Of a DNA stretch of 64,000 bases, positions 1 through 14,156 are shown one piece after another. The notes beneath the pieces are model-generated. The model did not search any database. It was not told the DNA's origin and was given only the letters and a program-made list of their open reading frames with translations. Source of the stretch: Lingula anatina (taxonomy: Eukaryota; Animalia; Brachiopoda); NCBI GenBank assembly GCA_051362555.1, contig CM120646.1, positions 22,816,001 to 22,880,000 on the forward strand, given 5' to 3'. The position numbers and the translations under genes were made by a program. Position 1 is the first letter of the stretch; each line of letters begins with the position of its first letter.

Positions 1-247
1 GACTGGGAGATCTGGCCTGGTATGACAGCCAAGAGGAATTGGTAGGTACAGGGAGTGGTGCCAGGCGACACTGGGAGATCTGGCCTGGTATGACAGCCAG
101 GAGGAACGGGTAGGTACAGGGAATGGTGCCAGGCGAGACTGGGAGATCTGGCCTGGTATGACAGCCAGGAGGAACGGGTAGGTACAGGGAGTGGTGCCAG
201 GCGACACTGGGAGACCTGGCCTGGTATGACAGCCAGGAGGAACGGTT
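1..247 (+). repeat. 68-bp minisatellite (about 3.6 copies visible) made from a CTLD exon 3' end plus its splice donor
   Basis: ctgggaga[t/c]ctggcc recurs at 3, 71, 139 and 207. The unit translates as EWCQA[T/R][12 protein letters not shown][L/R] followed by GTAGGT. Confidence 0.9.
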
Positions 248-3200
248 AGGTATTCAGTCAGATGTTTTGAACATCAATGAAGGTGTATTTTTTTGGAAAT
301 TTAGTATCAGGTTAAATGTAATGAATATTGAATAACAGATTTTTGATGCTGAGTGAAATAAGCAACCTCTTAATAGTGACTGTAATAACCAAGAGACATT
401 ACATTTTAAGGTTTTACTCAAAGCTCCACTGCTACCTGATTAACTGCAGCCTTCTTATTGATTCTAAAAATGTCAAACCACTTTTATGTATGAGGATGCA
501 GTATTTAGTATTCATTCCAACAGAAGCACTACATTATATATTGCTAGTTCTTTTCACTGTTAAAAGAAATTTAATATAACTAGTTGGCTGAAGAAAGCTC
601 ATAAAAATGCATTGATTTCAGCGTTTCCTGGTGTCTACGGCTGAGCGTATCACCCAGGTTGACCCCTATAGTCGCACGTGGTGGGTGGGACTGACCAGTG
701 ACGTCACTGGACTGGCTGACGTCACCGCTGGGGGTGGGTGGAAATGGGTCTCAGGGAAGAAGGCCGAGTCTGATCTTATGTAAGTTTTAACTTAAAAGTA
801 GCAAATACTTGAATGAGTAAATGCATAAGTGATATAAAAATTCAGAATTGGGTAAATGTTATTGAAATGCATTTTCCCACATGGTAATATGTTTGCATAA
901 TTAACGAATTTGCTTTAATTTAAAGAGCACCTTGCTTGAAACGCATTTTTTCATTGGTTAAACAATGTACATATTAAACAGTTTGGCAGGTGGATGAATT
1001 TTGCATCAACTTTCTAATCGAACCAAGGTCACGTTTATATATGTTTTTCAGTGACTGGGGGAATCTTGAGCCGGCTGATAGCGGTGTTCAAAACTGCGCG
1101 AATTTATGGACCAAAAGGGCGTCGCCAAATATGGGAAAGATAAGTGCAGGCAGTTGCTCTGTCTCTCACCCCTACATATGTAAAAGACCAAAAGGTAAAC
1201 ATTATTCTATGTCAATATATGCCTTTTCAAAATGTCCTTATAAAGGAAAGCGTAGTTTTCATTTTATATCAGAATTTGTTCTATTCCAAAAATGGCTCCT
1301 AATAGGGTTGACCTGCACAAAGGTCTTGTCAGTACAAGTTTTTTCTCCGCATTACGGTGGTGATAAATTCAGATGTTTCGTCACATGTCACAATCTTGGG
1401 TGTCATTTCTTATCAGAGATGTTAACATTCCTTCGCCTTTCTTCCAGCTGTAGTCGATAACTGTCCAGCAAGCTGGCAACAGGTCGACGATTCTTGTTTC
1501 AAATTCTTTGACTCTGAAAAAGATTGGAAATCTGCAAGGTACGTTGAACGTTAGGTACATGCATGCGCAGAAATTCAGTGAATTAAAAAAGAGTAAACTT
1601 GTATTGTGATCGTTGTGTTTTAATATTGATATTATATTGCATGATTTATTCAGGAATTTTATGGGGATATATTGATACGTTTCAGTGGTTACTGTGGTTA
1701 CTATGGAGCAGACCTGGCAACGGTCGATAGCGAGGCTCAGCAGCAGTATATGTACGACGTGTCGAAATATCATGACAAGTCTATCTGGCTGGGGTATTCG
1801 TCATCTAATAACGGGGTCAGTCCTCCCCCCCCGTTCTCTCCCCCCTCTCTCTCTCTCTCTCTCTGCAGACCCTTCCTTTTACAAAATAATCCTATTTATC
1901 ATTTATCGATCGATTTTCGATTGTTGCAAAATTCTTGTCTTTTCAAAACTTATATTTGAGGTTATTTCTTAATGCAAAAGAGTAAAATGACGCTTAAAAC
2001 TAAAAAAGACACTTCCTTTATATTATCAGAATGGCACTGTCTGGAAGAAGAATAACATGACCGTATTATCTCCCAGCAAAGACCAGATGTCCAGGACAGA
2101 GTTTTGGGCAGGCGCAGAGCGCCCAGATCCTCCCACGTAAGAATGCAACAACTTAAATTCTGATGTTGGGAATCTGAAATTCCAAACGCCTGTCCTCAAC
2201 CCTTCTATTTTAAAATATCGGGCCATGCTCTCTTTGCTGTGATCATTGAGGCAATATTATTGAGTTGACCTCACTTGAAAAATACTAGGGGGCGTAGAAA
2301 AAAGGTGAACCATTTCTAACATTTTGATATTATATTGTGTTACAGGATGTCAGGAAACGACATTTGTGTGGAGACGGTCCCTACTGCCGAGGAGTCAAGA
2401 AAATCTTGGGTTGCCAACGAATGTACAAAACGACGATCGTTTATGTGCAGTAAAAAGGAAGGTGAGTTAATTTAAACAATTGAAATACACTGCAGAGTCA
2501 GGAAAGAATCTCAATATAGATGCCAGTTTCTCAGAAATTTCACCACTAGCATGCCTAATAAGATGTGATCAATACACTATATACAAAACACCGATGTTGA
2601 TCAGCTCATTATCTGCTTGTGATAACAATACTTAAAGGTTGCTTAATATCAGTGATCAAATTTCGATAATTATCTTCGGCAGGTACTTGTGCCACTGGTT
2701 GGCAGTCTCATAACGGCACGTGTTACCAGTTCAACGTTAACGTCAAACTGTCCTGGTATGACGCCAAGGACTACTGCAAGAGCCAAGGAGGAGACATGGT
2801 CACAGTGGAAAGGTAACAGCAACCGAAACCATTACAGTTATATTAACCCAGTGTTTTTAATTCTATAGCATTACCGTGATTGTAGGATAGGCGGTATATT
2901 GTTTCTTTGCCTAATCATAGCAAAAATACAGGGGCGGATCCAAGATTATTCGAAGGGGGGAGGGGGGGTCTGTGGATGCGAAGCCGACCCTTCCCCCCTT
3001 TAGCGTGGGGTTCGGGGCCGCTTAAGGGCTCCGAAAAAATGGTATTTTAGAGGGCGAACGGTGCCATTAAGTACGGTTTAGAACTATGGCTCAGCTAGTC
3101 AAAATTATAATTTCAAGTGGGGACCATTGGTGTGATTCTTACTATTATCTGAAATAGATATATTTATTCTTTGCGATTTTGGATTGGACCTGAAGGTTTT

Positions 3201-6200
3201 TCTCCAGTTTTGGACCCCTGGGATTTTTTTTAACCATGTGACAGATCGACTTACCAAATTTGTGAAATCATTAGCTTTTTATAGTTATATGTATTAAATG
3301 ACAGTTTCTTTCATCACATTTTGCAGAAGATCTACTCAGGATTTCATTATGTCAGAGACGAACATGATTGGTATTTCTGATGGTTTAAACATATGGTTAG
3401 GGGGCTCTGGTAAGCCTTTCAAGATGATATTGTGTCTTTTCTTTGCATGAAATGATGTGACATCACAGAATGATTGTCAGGAGAAAAATGCCTCTGAAAA
3501 TTGGCACTTCATTAGTTATTTTTTATAAGTTTATTAAGAAATATATAAAATTAATATCAAGCGCATTCCTTAATATATATATCACATATACAAGAAGAGG
3601 ATTCAATTCATTAACTCAACGTTTGCCTTTTGATGTAATTCCCTTAAACAAGTCACTATGGGTATGGCATATCACAATTAAGCAACTACAAAACACTTTT
3701 GCTGTTCTTCTTCAGATATTGGTTTCAACCCCAAGGTACCGCGTTGGGGTAACGAAGCCGCCATAGGTGCCACAGGTACATTCTCCAACTGGGTTCCCGG
3801 TCAACCTGTCACCAGCAGTAAGCCTCTATGTGTGCAAATGCTGGCAGGTATATGTTTATATATCTCATCGTGTTTTATAGATTTATGATATAAGCATGAT
3901 TGCATTTACGACCGAAAAAAAAACATGCTGTGAAAAATCAATATTTAAAAAACGAAAGAAACGTGAATGACTTTATCATTATCCAATGTAGTGATCTTTT
4001 TCAGAATGTTTTAGCTTTAACATCCGTTTTGCCTGATTAAAGCACCTTTTTAGGATAGTTAAAAGTTACAAGCCGTAGTAGCCATTGGTCCAGATAGGTA
4101 TCTGTCACTCACATTGAGAAACAAAGCAGTAAGTTCACCCACCTATCACTCACATGTTGGTCGTCTCTGGAACCATACAATGAGGTGGTAATATAGATTC
4201 AGACACAAGAGGTGTGGTCAAGAGATTTCCCATTTCCCAATTTTAATTTCAGCTGATGGCAAGTGGGTGGCCAGTGATACCTGTCTCCAGGAGCTGCCGT
4301 TTATCTGCCAGATATCTGACAAGAACGTCGTTTATCCACCGACTGTCCTTCCAGGTGTGTATATCGTTAATCTTTAAAACTTTGTAGTTTTATAGTCGCT
4401 GTCATTAAGATATTTTATTACTTTATTATTATTATTTTGCACAGAAAGTCGACTGGTAAAGAATAAAAACATTCAGAATTTATCATTTAAGTACTGATGT
4501 CACTGTCGCACTTTTCTCGTATTAGCGAAAGGTAGCTGTGACCCAGGCTGGGTAGCATATGGCTTCTCCTGCTACTATTTTGACAACGGCGCCTCTGTCA
4601 CATGGCTGCAGGCCAACCAGAGATGTCAGGATTTGGGAGCACATATGGTGGAAGTGAAAAGCGCTAGAGAAATGTCCTTCATCGACAGTATGGTTTTAGT
4701 CTATTTAAGTTTAACTGATGATGGATATAATGACGCTGTTTTGGTGATCAGATATTAGTCTTAAGCGAAGAGCAAATTTATACCCATTAAGATATTTAAC
4801 AGCAGCAAGACATCAGAGCCTGTAATTTAGAGTTAAAAAAATCGCATTTTAGTTGTGATTTTAATTTTGTATTTAAAAAGAGTGATATAACTGCTTTGCA
4901 GAGAAAATGGTAGCCGCGTCGTGGCTTGGATTTACCGACAGACGACGTGAAGGCCATTGGGTTTGGGAATACCAGAAACAGGTTCGCTAGATCATGTGAT
5001 ATCGAGCCGTGTACTGCACCTGAGATTTGATTTGAAATAAATGGTCTTTACTTAGACAAATAGTTCAAATCATTTAAAGTCCATGCTCACATACAGTTAA
5101 AACCCAGTTATTCAGATTATCCTACTTTCATTCAGACCCCGTATACGAACTGGGCCCCCAAAAGGCCAGATGACTTCCATGACGGCCTCAGCGAACACTG
5201 CGCTATCATCCTGGCGGGAGATCCACAGGGACTCTGGGACGACGTACCCTGTGACCAACTGAATGCTTACATTTGTGAAAAGGTCATAGGTACGTGTATA
5301 AGCAGGCATCATAATTTTCATTGTATGCGGCTTTAAAAGCTCTATGCATAATTTTGAATTTACTTTAGATGTTGAGGATTGGATCCATGCTAGCTGAGTT
5401 GTCTTCCAAGACCATTCGCATTAATGGCTTCACATCTGACATATTTCTTGATGTTCTATTACAACAGGACATTTATAATTTGAACTTGATTCACAGAGTC
5501 ATTGAAAAAATAATATTATAGAATTTTGATGCTGGTGATTTATCCTAATGCAAGTCTTCACAAATCCTCCTTTACAATACAATCACGAACTCTTTGTCTA
5601 CTATTGTCAATTCTAGGCCCATCCACCACATCGGGGCCAGCCACTTCAGAAAGTAAGTGAATTATTTGTTGCACATTAATTTTGGGTTAATTCACTGCAG
5701 TATGGTACTGTGCAAAGCACCGTAGCGATTCTATGAAATTTTGATGAGATCCAAATACATTGCGACAATTTCTGACAAGATACTTTGAGAACCATTTGGA
5801 AAAATAAGTACTTATATTAGTATTTCGCTGTCGTTTATTATCGTTTTTTTCTAAGTACATGTAGTTTGCTACTGTCATTACAGCTGCTGTATCGGTAAAA
5901 TGTGGACTGTTCTGGGAAGACAACCCTCTAAGTGATCACTGTTATCAGTTCAACACAGACACGTTGTCGTGGACAGAGGCCCAGCTACAGTGTCAACACA
6001 ATGGCGGAGACCTGGCCAGTATCACTAGTTTAGAGGAGCAATTGTATATCTCAGGTGGGGAAGTTAAAACGCTGTGCCAGGTTCAAGGATTGATTTTTCA
6101 CTTGACATTCACAGATATATCTCTGTCTAATCTTGTGCACTTTTTTCTATTGTGGAAATTTTCGTAAGGGATTAATATCATCACCCAGCTTGAATATAGT

Positions 6201-9200
6201 GTAGAGTGGGAAGTGTAGGTTTCTGTATCTTATGGCTGTTAGCTTATGTGGCCAGATTACTTAGGGACATCTGGACTATGCTTACGTAATATTGTAAATT
6301 GCATTCACATGTCATTTTTGTCAATATGCTGAATTAAAAAATGTCAACATTAATTGCATGTTAAGCAGATATCGTAAAGGTTTTTAAGAACTAATTTCTA
6401 TATAGTGAGTATATTTTTGTTCTATTTGAACAGCGCGGATTCAAACCATCCCAAACATGAGGTTTTTCTGGCTTGGCGGTAGTATCACTTCACTCAATAC
6501 CGGGTGGGCCTGGAATGATGGAGCACCATTTTCTTTCCTAAACTGGGTCACAGGTGAAGGGAAAACCATGAAGTATTGTTAATGTCATGTCGTCTTAATC
6601 TAAACACAAGTTCAAAATACATCTTTTTTATGACTGGCATCTTCATCTACTAGATATCATTTTATCTCTCCATTTTTGTGGATAAGTCACTGTAAGACTT
6701 TACATAATAATGAAACAATTTTACACCAGTAAAGTTATGTTTTGTGTTACAGTACTATTAATATTCTAAACTCGCATTCGGAAATTTAATTCTACAAAAT
6801 CTTTGTCAATACATGCACCTCCAGGTTCATCAGGTTCTGGTTTGGGTTCCTCTTGTATGGAAATGGACGCCTCTACCGGGGTTTGGAGAGACGACCAGTG
6901 CCAGAGCAGAAGAGGTTATGTCTGCAAAAAGCAGGGTAAAAGATTTAACTGACAATTGACATACCTGTTTATCGTTAAGAATGAATAAACAGCTTTATTC
7001 AAATGAAATGTCTGTGTGCTCAAAAGCAGTTACAATTTGCTACATAAAAATGACCAGGTTTGGTACCGGTATTTGTTACTAACTTGGTTGATACCCTCTT
7101 TGAAAGTGACAATGGTTTGGTAACCTGACGGCATTGGATTTTCCTTAAAGGGTATCTCTAAAAGACCATATTTGGCAGGGGTTTCTACAATGTGTTCATT
7201 CATGCTAGCAATATTTCAATACAACACAAGATCAAAACATTCCATCGTCATGTATGTTGAATAGTTTCGTTTTATGTCTTAAAAGACATGAATAATCTTG
7301 TTTTCAATAAACCGTTTGATGTCCACACTTTCACAGAGTTCCCACCGTAGATTCTGTTCTGAAAATCCACATATATTTTAATATATTAAGATATTTAAAT
7401 ACTGATTTCGAAACACCGAAGAGCGTTTTACCATTGGTGTTCCCCCTTTCAGGTAATAACTCAAGCACCACTCCACCTTCAGCGTCGGTGACAACTAGTT
7501 CACCAGGTAATGACGTATATTAAAGTACATTATTTGTTTGATAGGAAAAATGTTAGGGTAAGCAAAACCACAGGATTGCTAATGAGTATATGTATTTACA
7601 ATATGAAATTTTATCATGATCATATATATGTCTATTTCTGATTGTATTAGGCAAATTTTCAATTAGGCAAACTTGATTTCTCTACGGTTGGATTGATAAA
7701 GAGCGATGAGTGATTTAATACTAATGGTGTATTAATTCATACTAACATTTTTACTTTCAAAGGGTATCCTTCCTGTCAGGAAGACTGGGCGCTGTACAGG
7801 GACCACTGCTACAGAGTGTTTGAAGACAAGAACACGTGGTCACAGGCCAAGGGTTCCTGTCGACGCATGGGTGGAGATCTAGCGTCCATTTTGACTGCCA
7901 ACGAAAATAGTTTTGTGACCAGTTTGGCAGGCGAAGAAGATGGTAAGCAAAGAAAATATCGATAACAATAGTAATATCTCATATATGTACACCGCGTTCG
8001 TACATGTAGAACGACACAAGAAGAAAGATCAGCCTCACTCATTTATGAAAGGTTTAAGATTACATTACATTTAGGAAGAAAGACATTCCTCTTTTCTGGT
8101 ATTTACTGATGGGATATATAAGTGACAACCAATTACATATCTTTTTAGAGGATCCCAGAGAATTCTGGACCGGACTGAATGCTGGAAGGGTTACAAACCA
8201 GTATGAGTGGTCAGATGGTTCCTCAGTGACCGTTACATATTGGGCGGCCAATGAACCTGACCTACAACGTAGAGAGCACTGTGTTAGTCTATATACGTCA
8301 CGTGACAAGGTAAGACTAAACACTATGTGTGCGTATATTTCATGATTAATTTAAAAAAGCGTTTTAATAAAATGAAATTATTGTAACCAAAAACAGTATG
8401 TACTATTACTAATAAATTTTTAAAATATTACTGAAACTTTATATCTGCCAATACGTCGCTCATGGACTGAAAACATGTTTAAATATACAAGAAATTATTT
8501 AGTTTTTCTAAAGCTAGGTTTGGATAAAACGAATACACCTTTCTTCACTTTTTGATTGACATTTCAAAGCTTATATCAATATTTCGAGAGATATCTGGGA
8601 ACACGTTGTGCAATGACTGCGTATTTCGACAAGGGTGTCACTCGACTCTTGACAGTTTAAGGATTTATTTACAGGTCGGTAAGTGGAATGGAAATGCTTG
8701 TGACCAGTGGCTTCCATATATATGCAAGAAGACAGCGGCTAAAATGGTGTCACCACCTGTCGTGGGGTTTAAAGGTTGTCAGCAGGTGAAAAGATTTTTT
8801 TAATTAAAATATACAAATGCAACTAATGATAATAATAGAACGATATTAGAAAAGCAAGTTTTCATGCATTGGCGTGAATCCATCAGTAGAAATTTGATCA
8901 GAAATGTTTGTTCTCCTACACAAGTTCAAATTAATTTTTTTTAAATTGGAAATTGTAGACAAATGCATTAAGAATGTTTCACACATTTTTATTTTTGTAG
9001 GACATGCGTGCTGCATATAAAAGTTCTTGTTATACCTTATCAAATACTGGTAAAACGTGGTCAGATGCCAACAGAATGTGCAACAGTTCCAGTGGTAACC
9101 TGATTGCTATAAACGACCAGTAAGTTAGCCTACTGGGGGCTTCGTATATTGTGCCCCTGGGATCTTTTAGTTTCTTGTAATTCGTGTTCGTGTTCTGATG

Positions 9201-11225
9201 ATTAAAATCATATAAGACGAAAGAAAGTACATATCATAACCGAACCGAAACAAAATATCGACCTAAAACGTATTCAAATAAGCGTGCTTGTTTATTGATA
9301 ATCCACAAACACTCACCGGCCGTTTTGTTTTAGCCTGGAGTCGGCGTACATATCAGCATATATAGGGTCCACCATCACTGACGCTGAATACTGGATTGGC
9401 TTAAGTAACGATGAGAACGGGGTCTACACATGGTCAACTGGTGACAGCGTTTCGGTCACTAACTGGGGCAGTGGACATACAGGTGCGGTCATTTTATACA
9501 AAAAGTAATCTGCAGTGTGGCTAACCTTGTGTCTACAAATCAAACTGGACCTACGTTCTTTTATTTGTGCGCAGTATAACTGTATACACTTAACATGTTT
9601 GGTCCTCTTTAAAAAGTTCATTATTAACATTTATTATTTCCACTGCCAATCTCTTATATATTAAAGAATAAATAAAGCGATTAAATTTGCAGAATTACTC
9701 CTTCTAAGCAATGACACTGTTAAGAAACTTTGTACCTACTGTGGAACAATCTGCTCCCGTATATTCATGGGTTCCAATGTTTTTTTTTATCTAGGTAATG
9801 AAAAACACGTGTGTGTGACGATGACACAGACCGGCACTTCTACAGGACAGTGGTATGATAGGCCGTGTTCTCAACATCTGGGGTATGTCTGTGAATACCC
9901 CAGGGGAGACTATAAGACCACGCCCACTCCTCAGACTACTATATCTAACACTTGCCCCACTGAATACCCGTGGACTGAATACGGCGGTTATTGTTACAAG
10001 GTGAGCACACTCGCCTATAGCTCTCCGCATGTTAAGAAAGTTCCGGTTTTTGTACGTCTGGCACTGTACAGAGATGTTGAATTTTTTTTATATCTCAGTT
10101 TTCGTATGTACATAAGCAGCCTTTCTGTATGGTCTATTCACTGACATAATATCTACAACATACTTTCTGTTAATAGCGGTCTTTTCAGCGACTTACACGC
10201 TCCGTGTTTCAGAAACAATTTTAGAAATCCAAATGAAACATATTTTCTTCCTTCAGAGGGTATATCTCTCCCACAAATATGCTCGCACGTGGTCTGAAGC
10301 TGTCCAGTACTGTCGAAATCTCGGTGGTGACCTTGCCAGTTTCCACAGCGAGGCTCAGCTGATGGCTGTAATAGGAAGATTTGAATACAGGTAAAAAAGC
10401 GATAACAAACCACTATTTGCCGACAAAAATGGCTAATAGAAATAAACATTTATTGTAGTTTCCATATCTCCCGGTTTTCGACACACCAAATGACGAACTA
10501 ACAGCTTTTATAGGCAAGATTTCATTTTCGCGCGGTCTCGGGAGTTTCTCAGTACAGCTGTCTATACAAGTCGTTATAACATATACATAGTGAAGATTAT
10601 TAAAAAAAAAAAAGATTTAAAGGTGTGAACCAGCTTTTATGAGCAAAATATTGTTGTCACAGGGACTGCATGGTTTTTGATTGTACACTAAAAACATCGC
10701 ATTTTCATGTGAATGCATGTGTAAATAATTAAGTCTAGATAGCCTCATTCGGTCTTGTCAGCTTGAATATATATATACTGGTTGTTATGTAGCTTGATTT
10801 AGGATAGATTGCTTTAGTGTAATTTACCATTCGGAGAAAAAAAGTGGTGAAAAACTAATGGTTTGGTTGAGACAAAAAAAAAAAAAAAATGATAAATAAA
10901 TATATAATAGGTATGTAATTGGTATGTAGCTTTTTATAAATCTTTTTTAATGTAAGGAGTCAATTCTTCTGGATCGGCCTGTCCAAACCCAGCCCGGACA
11001 GCGGCTATGTTTGGACTGACCAGTCTGCCCTGGACTTCACTCCCTGGTCCACTGGACAGCCGGATGACCACAATGGTCAGGAGAAATGTGTCCAACTGGA
11101 CAAGAAAGACGGCAAGTGGTCTGACGTCAACTGTTACGTTAGAGGAAACGTCATATGCCAGTTTAAGAAAGGTAATGTCTGTAATTTAATAGACACTACT
11201 GTGATTGTAATCTTTTTACCTGATA

Positions 11226-11268
<43 letters not shown>

Positions 11269-14108
11269 ATAGGCGAATGAGTGAATTAAAAACAAATCGA
11301 ATTAGAAAACATTTGGCGTGGTGGTAAGATAATGATCTTTATCTTGCAAATACATTAGCAAATGCGTACAGCAAATACATTTTAAAGAATCTTAATATTC
11401 AGTGATCCCCATGTATTAAGTGATATATTCTAACAATGGAGTTGTTTCTTTTTTCTGTTTTAGGAGAACCGATATATACCACAGGTACAACAATTGTACC
11501 AACACCTGGTAAGTTGACTTACTGTGTTATGTTTGCATGATATAAAATTTGGCCAAAAACTTAATACCGTGAAGTACTTTACAGGTAGATATAAGGCATC
11601 ATGGATCTTGTGATCATGCAACCGTATTATTAACTTATAGCAGATATATTCATGTTGTCATGCTTTAATCTCTTGTCCGATATTCGATTCATATCCACCT
11701 TGCATATATTAGTCGAACAATAACAAAAAAAAAAAAAAAAAAAAAAAACAACAACAACAACAACAAAAACAACAACAATAATAATAACTTACAGCGCCCC
11801 AGTGCGGCTCAGACCCAGAGTGGGTGGCCTTCAGAGAATACTGCTACTATATAACCCAGGGGTACACCTCCGGAGCCTCTATGACGTGGCATGACGCCAG
11901 AGAGTACTGTATGAAGCAGGCGGGGGAACTCGCCAGCATTCATGACGTCATGGAGAACAGCTTCATACTTCAACAGGTGAAGATGGTTTAGTTCTTGAAG
12001 GGGGGGGGAGGGGAGCTGCCCACAGTGAAATAGTCTTTGGACTGTCAGAGATACATGTAGACGCCCTTTGGCCCCCACGTTGAAAATTAACATGGGTGTC
12101 GTCACCTTTTTCTTTATTCTGATGTATTCATATTTCATTGTTTCGTTATAGCAATTCAAATGAAAAGAGTTTGTGTTCCGTCGGTCTCTGTGTCGATGAA
12201 TGTATACTGCCAGAGTGCATTAAATGTATTTTAGTTCTGTTCTAGATGGTTTGGATAGGCTACTACGTTGATAAGTGTGTTCATATCCTATCTTTCAGGC
12301 GGCAAGAATGATGAATGCTGATACCTTCTGGATTGGGCTGAATGAATTGGATCTGGAAAGCTACAAGTAGGTTATCCATGGGTTTAACATTAAAAAATAT
12401 ATCACAGCAAAGGGTACATCTATAATTTCACCAGTTCTTACACGCATACATTGTTATGTCAAGTATAAGAATCCAGCTGCTTCCCATGTTTTGAATAAAT
12501 GTGACACTGTCCCTTTAGCTGACATATATAACATCTTTTTGTAGATGGTCCGATGGATCTGTTACAGATTTCATATCTTGGGCAAAAACGGAGCCAAATG
12601 ACTACTTTGGAGGGCAGAAATGTGTGGAGTTTAGCGTGAAATCAGGTGATACTCGATAGTTTTATTATCATGCGTGTAAGCACTAAGGTATAATTATGCC
12701 AGATTGATTAGGTCAATACAACACATTTGTATTGTTACTTGTTGCAAAACGACTTTAAAGTAAATGGTGTCCATAATGACCCCTATATTCATAAAATCCG
12801 TGTAAATTATATCTGTGAATGGAATTAATTTTGTCGTTCACGAAGGCCATTGGCTGGATGAAAGTTGTGGAAAACCTAACCGGTATATCTGTAAGAAGCA
12901 CAAAGACAGTCGAACCACAGTGACGTTACCACCAACACCTGTCATCACAGGGAACTGTCCTCCTGGGTTCCGAGGATATGGTAAGTATAACGAAATATGT
13001 AGACTTTTGATTGCAATGACATAATCTGAGGAGTTGAAATACCTTGACTTATCTGCTTTTTTCGTGTTTCTGCAGTATATTTACAGCAGTCGCCTGTGTC
13101 TTAAATTTCATTACAAGGCCATCTGAATTTGAATTTTAATTTAAAAAATACTTTATTTCCTTGGTCAAAGACTACATATGTCGTGTCTGTTTGAAAGGGC
13201 ATTATAAGTAAATATGGTCACATTTTAGGGAACAAATGTTACCTGGTAATAGGAGACAGTGTGGATTCTACCCAGTTAAAGACATGGGGTGATGCCAGAG
13301 ATACATGCTCTGCCATGAATAGTTCATTTACTCTGGCCAGTGTTTCTAATCCTTTGGAAGCAGGTATAGTGTTTAAAATACTGTCAAACGGCAAACATAA
13401 CAGTATACAGTACACATACGAATAAAAAGTGATTTCGTCAATATATTAATTTTTTAAATTTTTTTTCTGTAGAAGTACATTGACAACGATATTGACAGTG
13501 ACAGTTTTAATCAAAATTAAATAATCATGTATTTGAAATCAAATCATATTGCTAGAACAGTACAGTATTAAGGGCTTTTATTCTGCTTAATCCGTATAAA
13601 TACGCCACTTGCTGCTCTTATAAGGTGTTCTCCGGCTGACAGGCAATGGCAAAGATACAAGTTGACTAGATTGTCATATTCGTATGGATTTGTAAAGCAT
13701 ATAGTCCCTAGTACTTAAAGACTTTAAATTTGGGGTAAACATTTGAAAAGAAGACTAAACCTCTCCTATAAGATTACATACACGGCGTGCTCTTATTCAG
13801 CTTTCCTGACCACATTGTTGAAAGGCAAAATGGTGGATTTTTGGATCGGTCTCCATAAACTACGCTTTCGTAAATTTCAATGGATAGACAACACCAATGT
13901 AGACTATGTAAACTGGGGCTTTGGTGAACCAAATGGTGGGCTAGGGACCACAAGTGAAGTAATGTGACCCAATTATTTAATTTTTCAGATTTAAAGCAGT
14001 GAAAGAAGTGTTATTATTGACTTTCTCAAAAGCACATGTTCTCATGATTTCCACTTTTCGGTGTATTACGTGTATATTACAAAAAGCGAACACTCCTTGC
14101 CCCGGTTT

Positions 14109-14156
<48 letters not shown>

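Noticed and set aside
1-247. Regular repeat resembling a CRISPR array
   Set aside because: Units are contiguous with no unique spacers, they encode a lectin exon end, and the context is eukaryotic with no cas genes.
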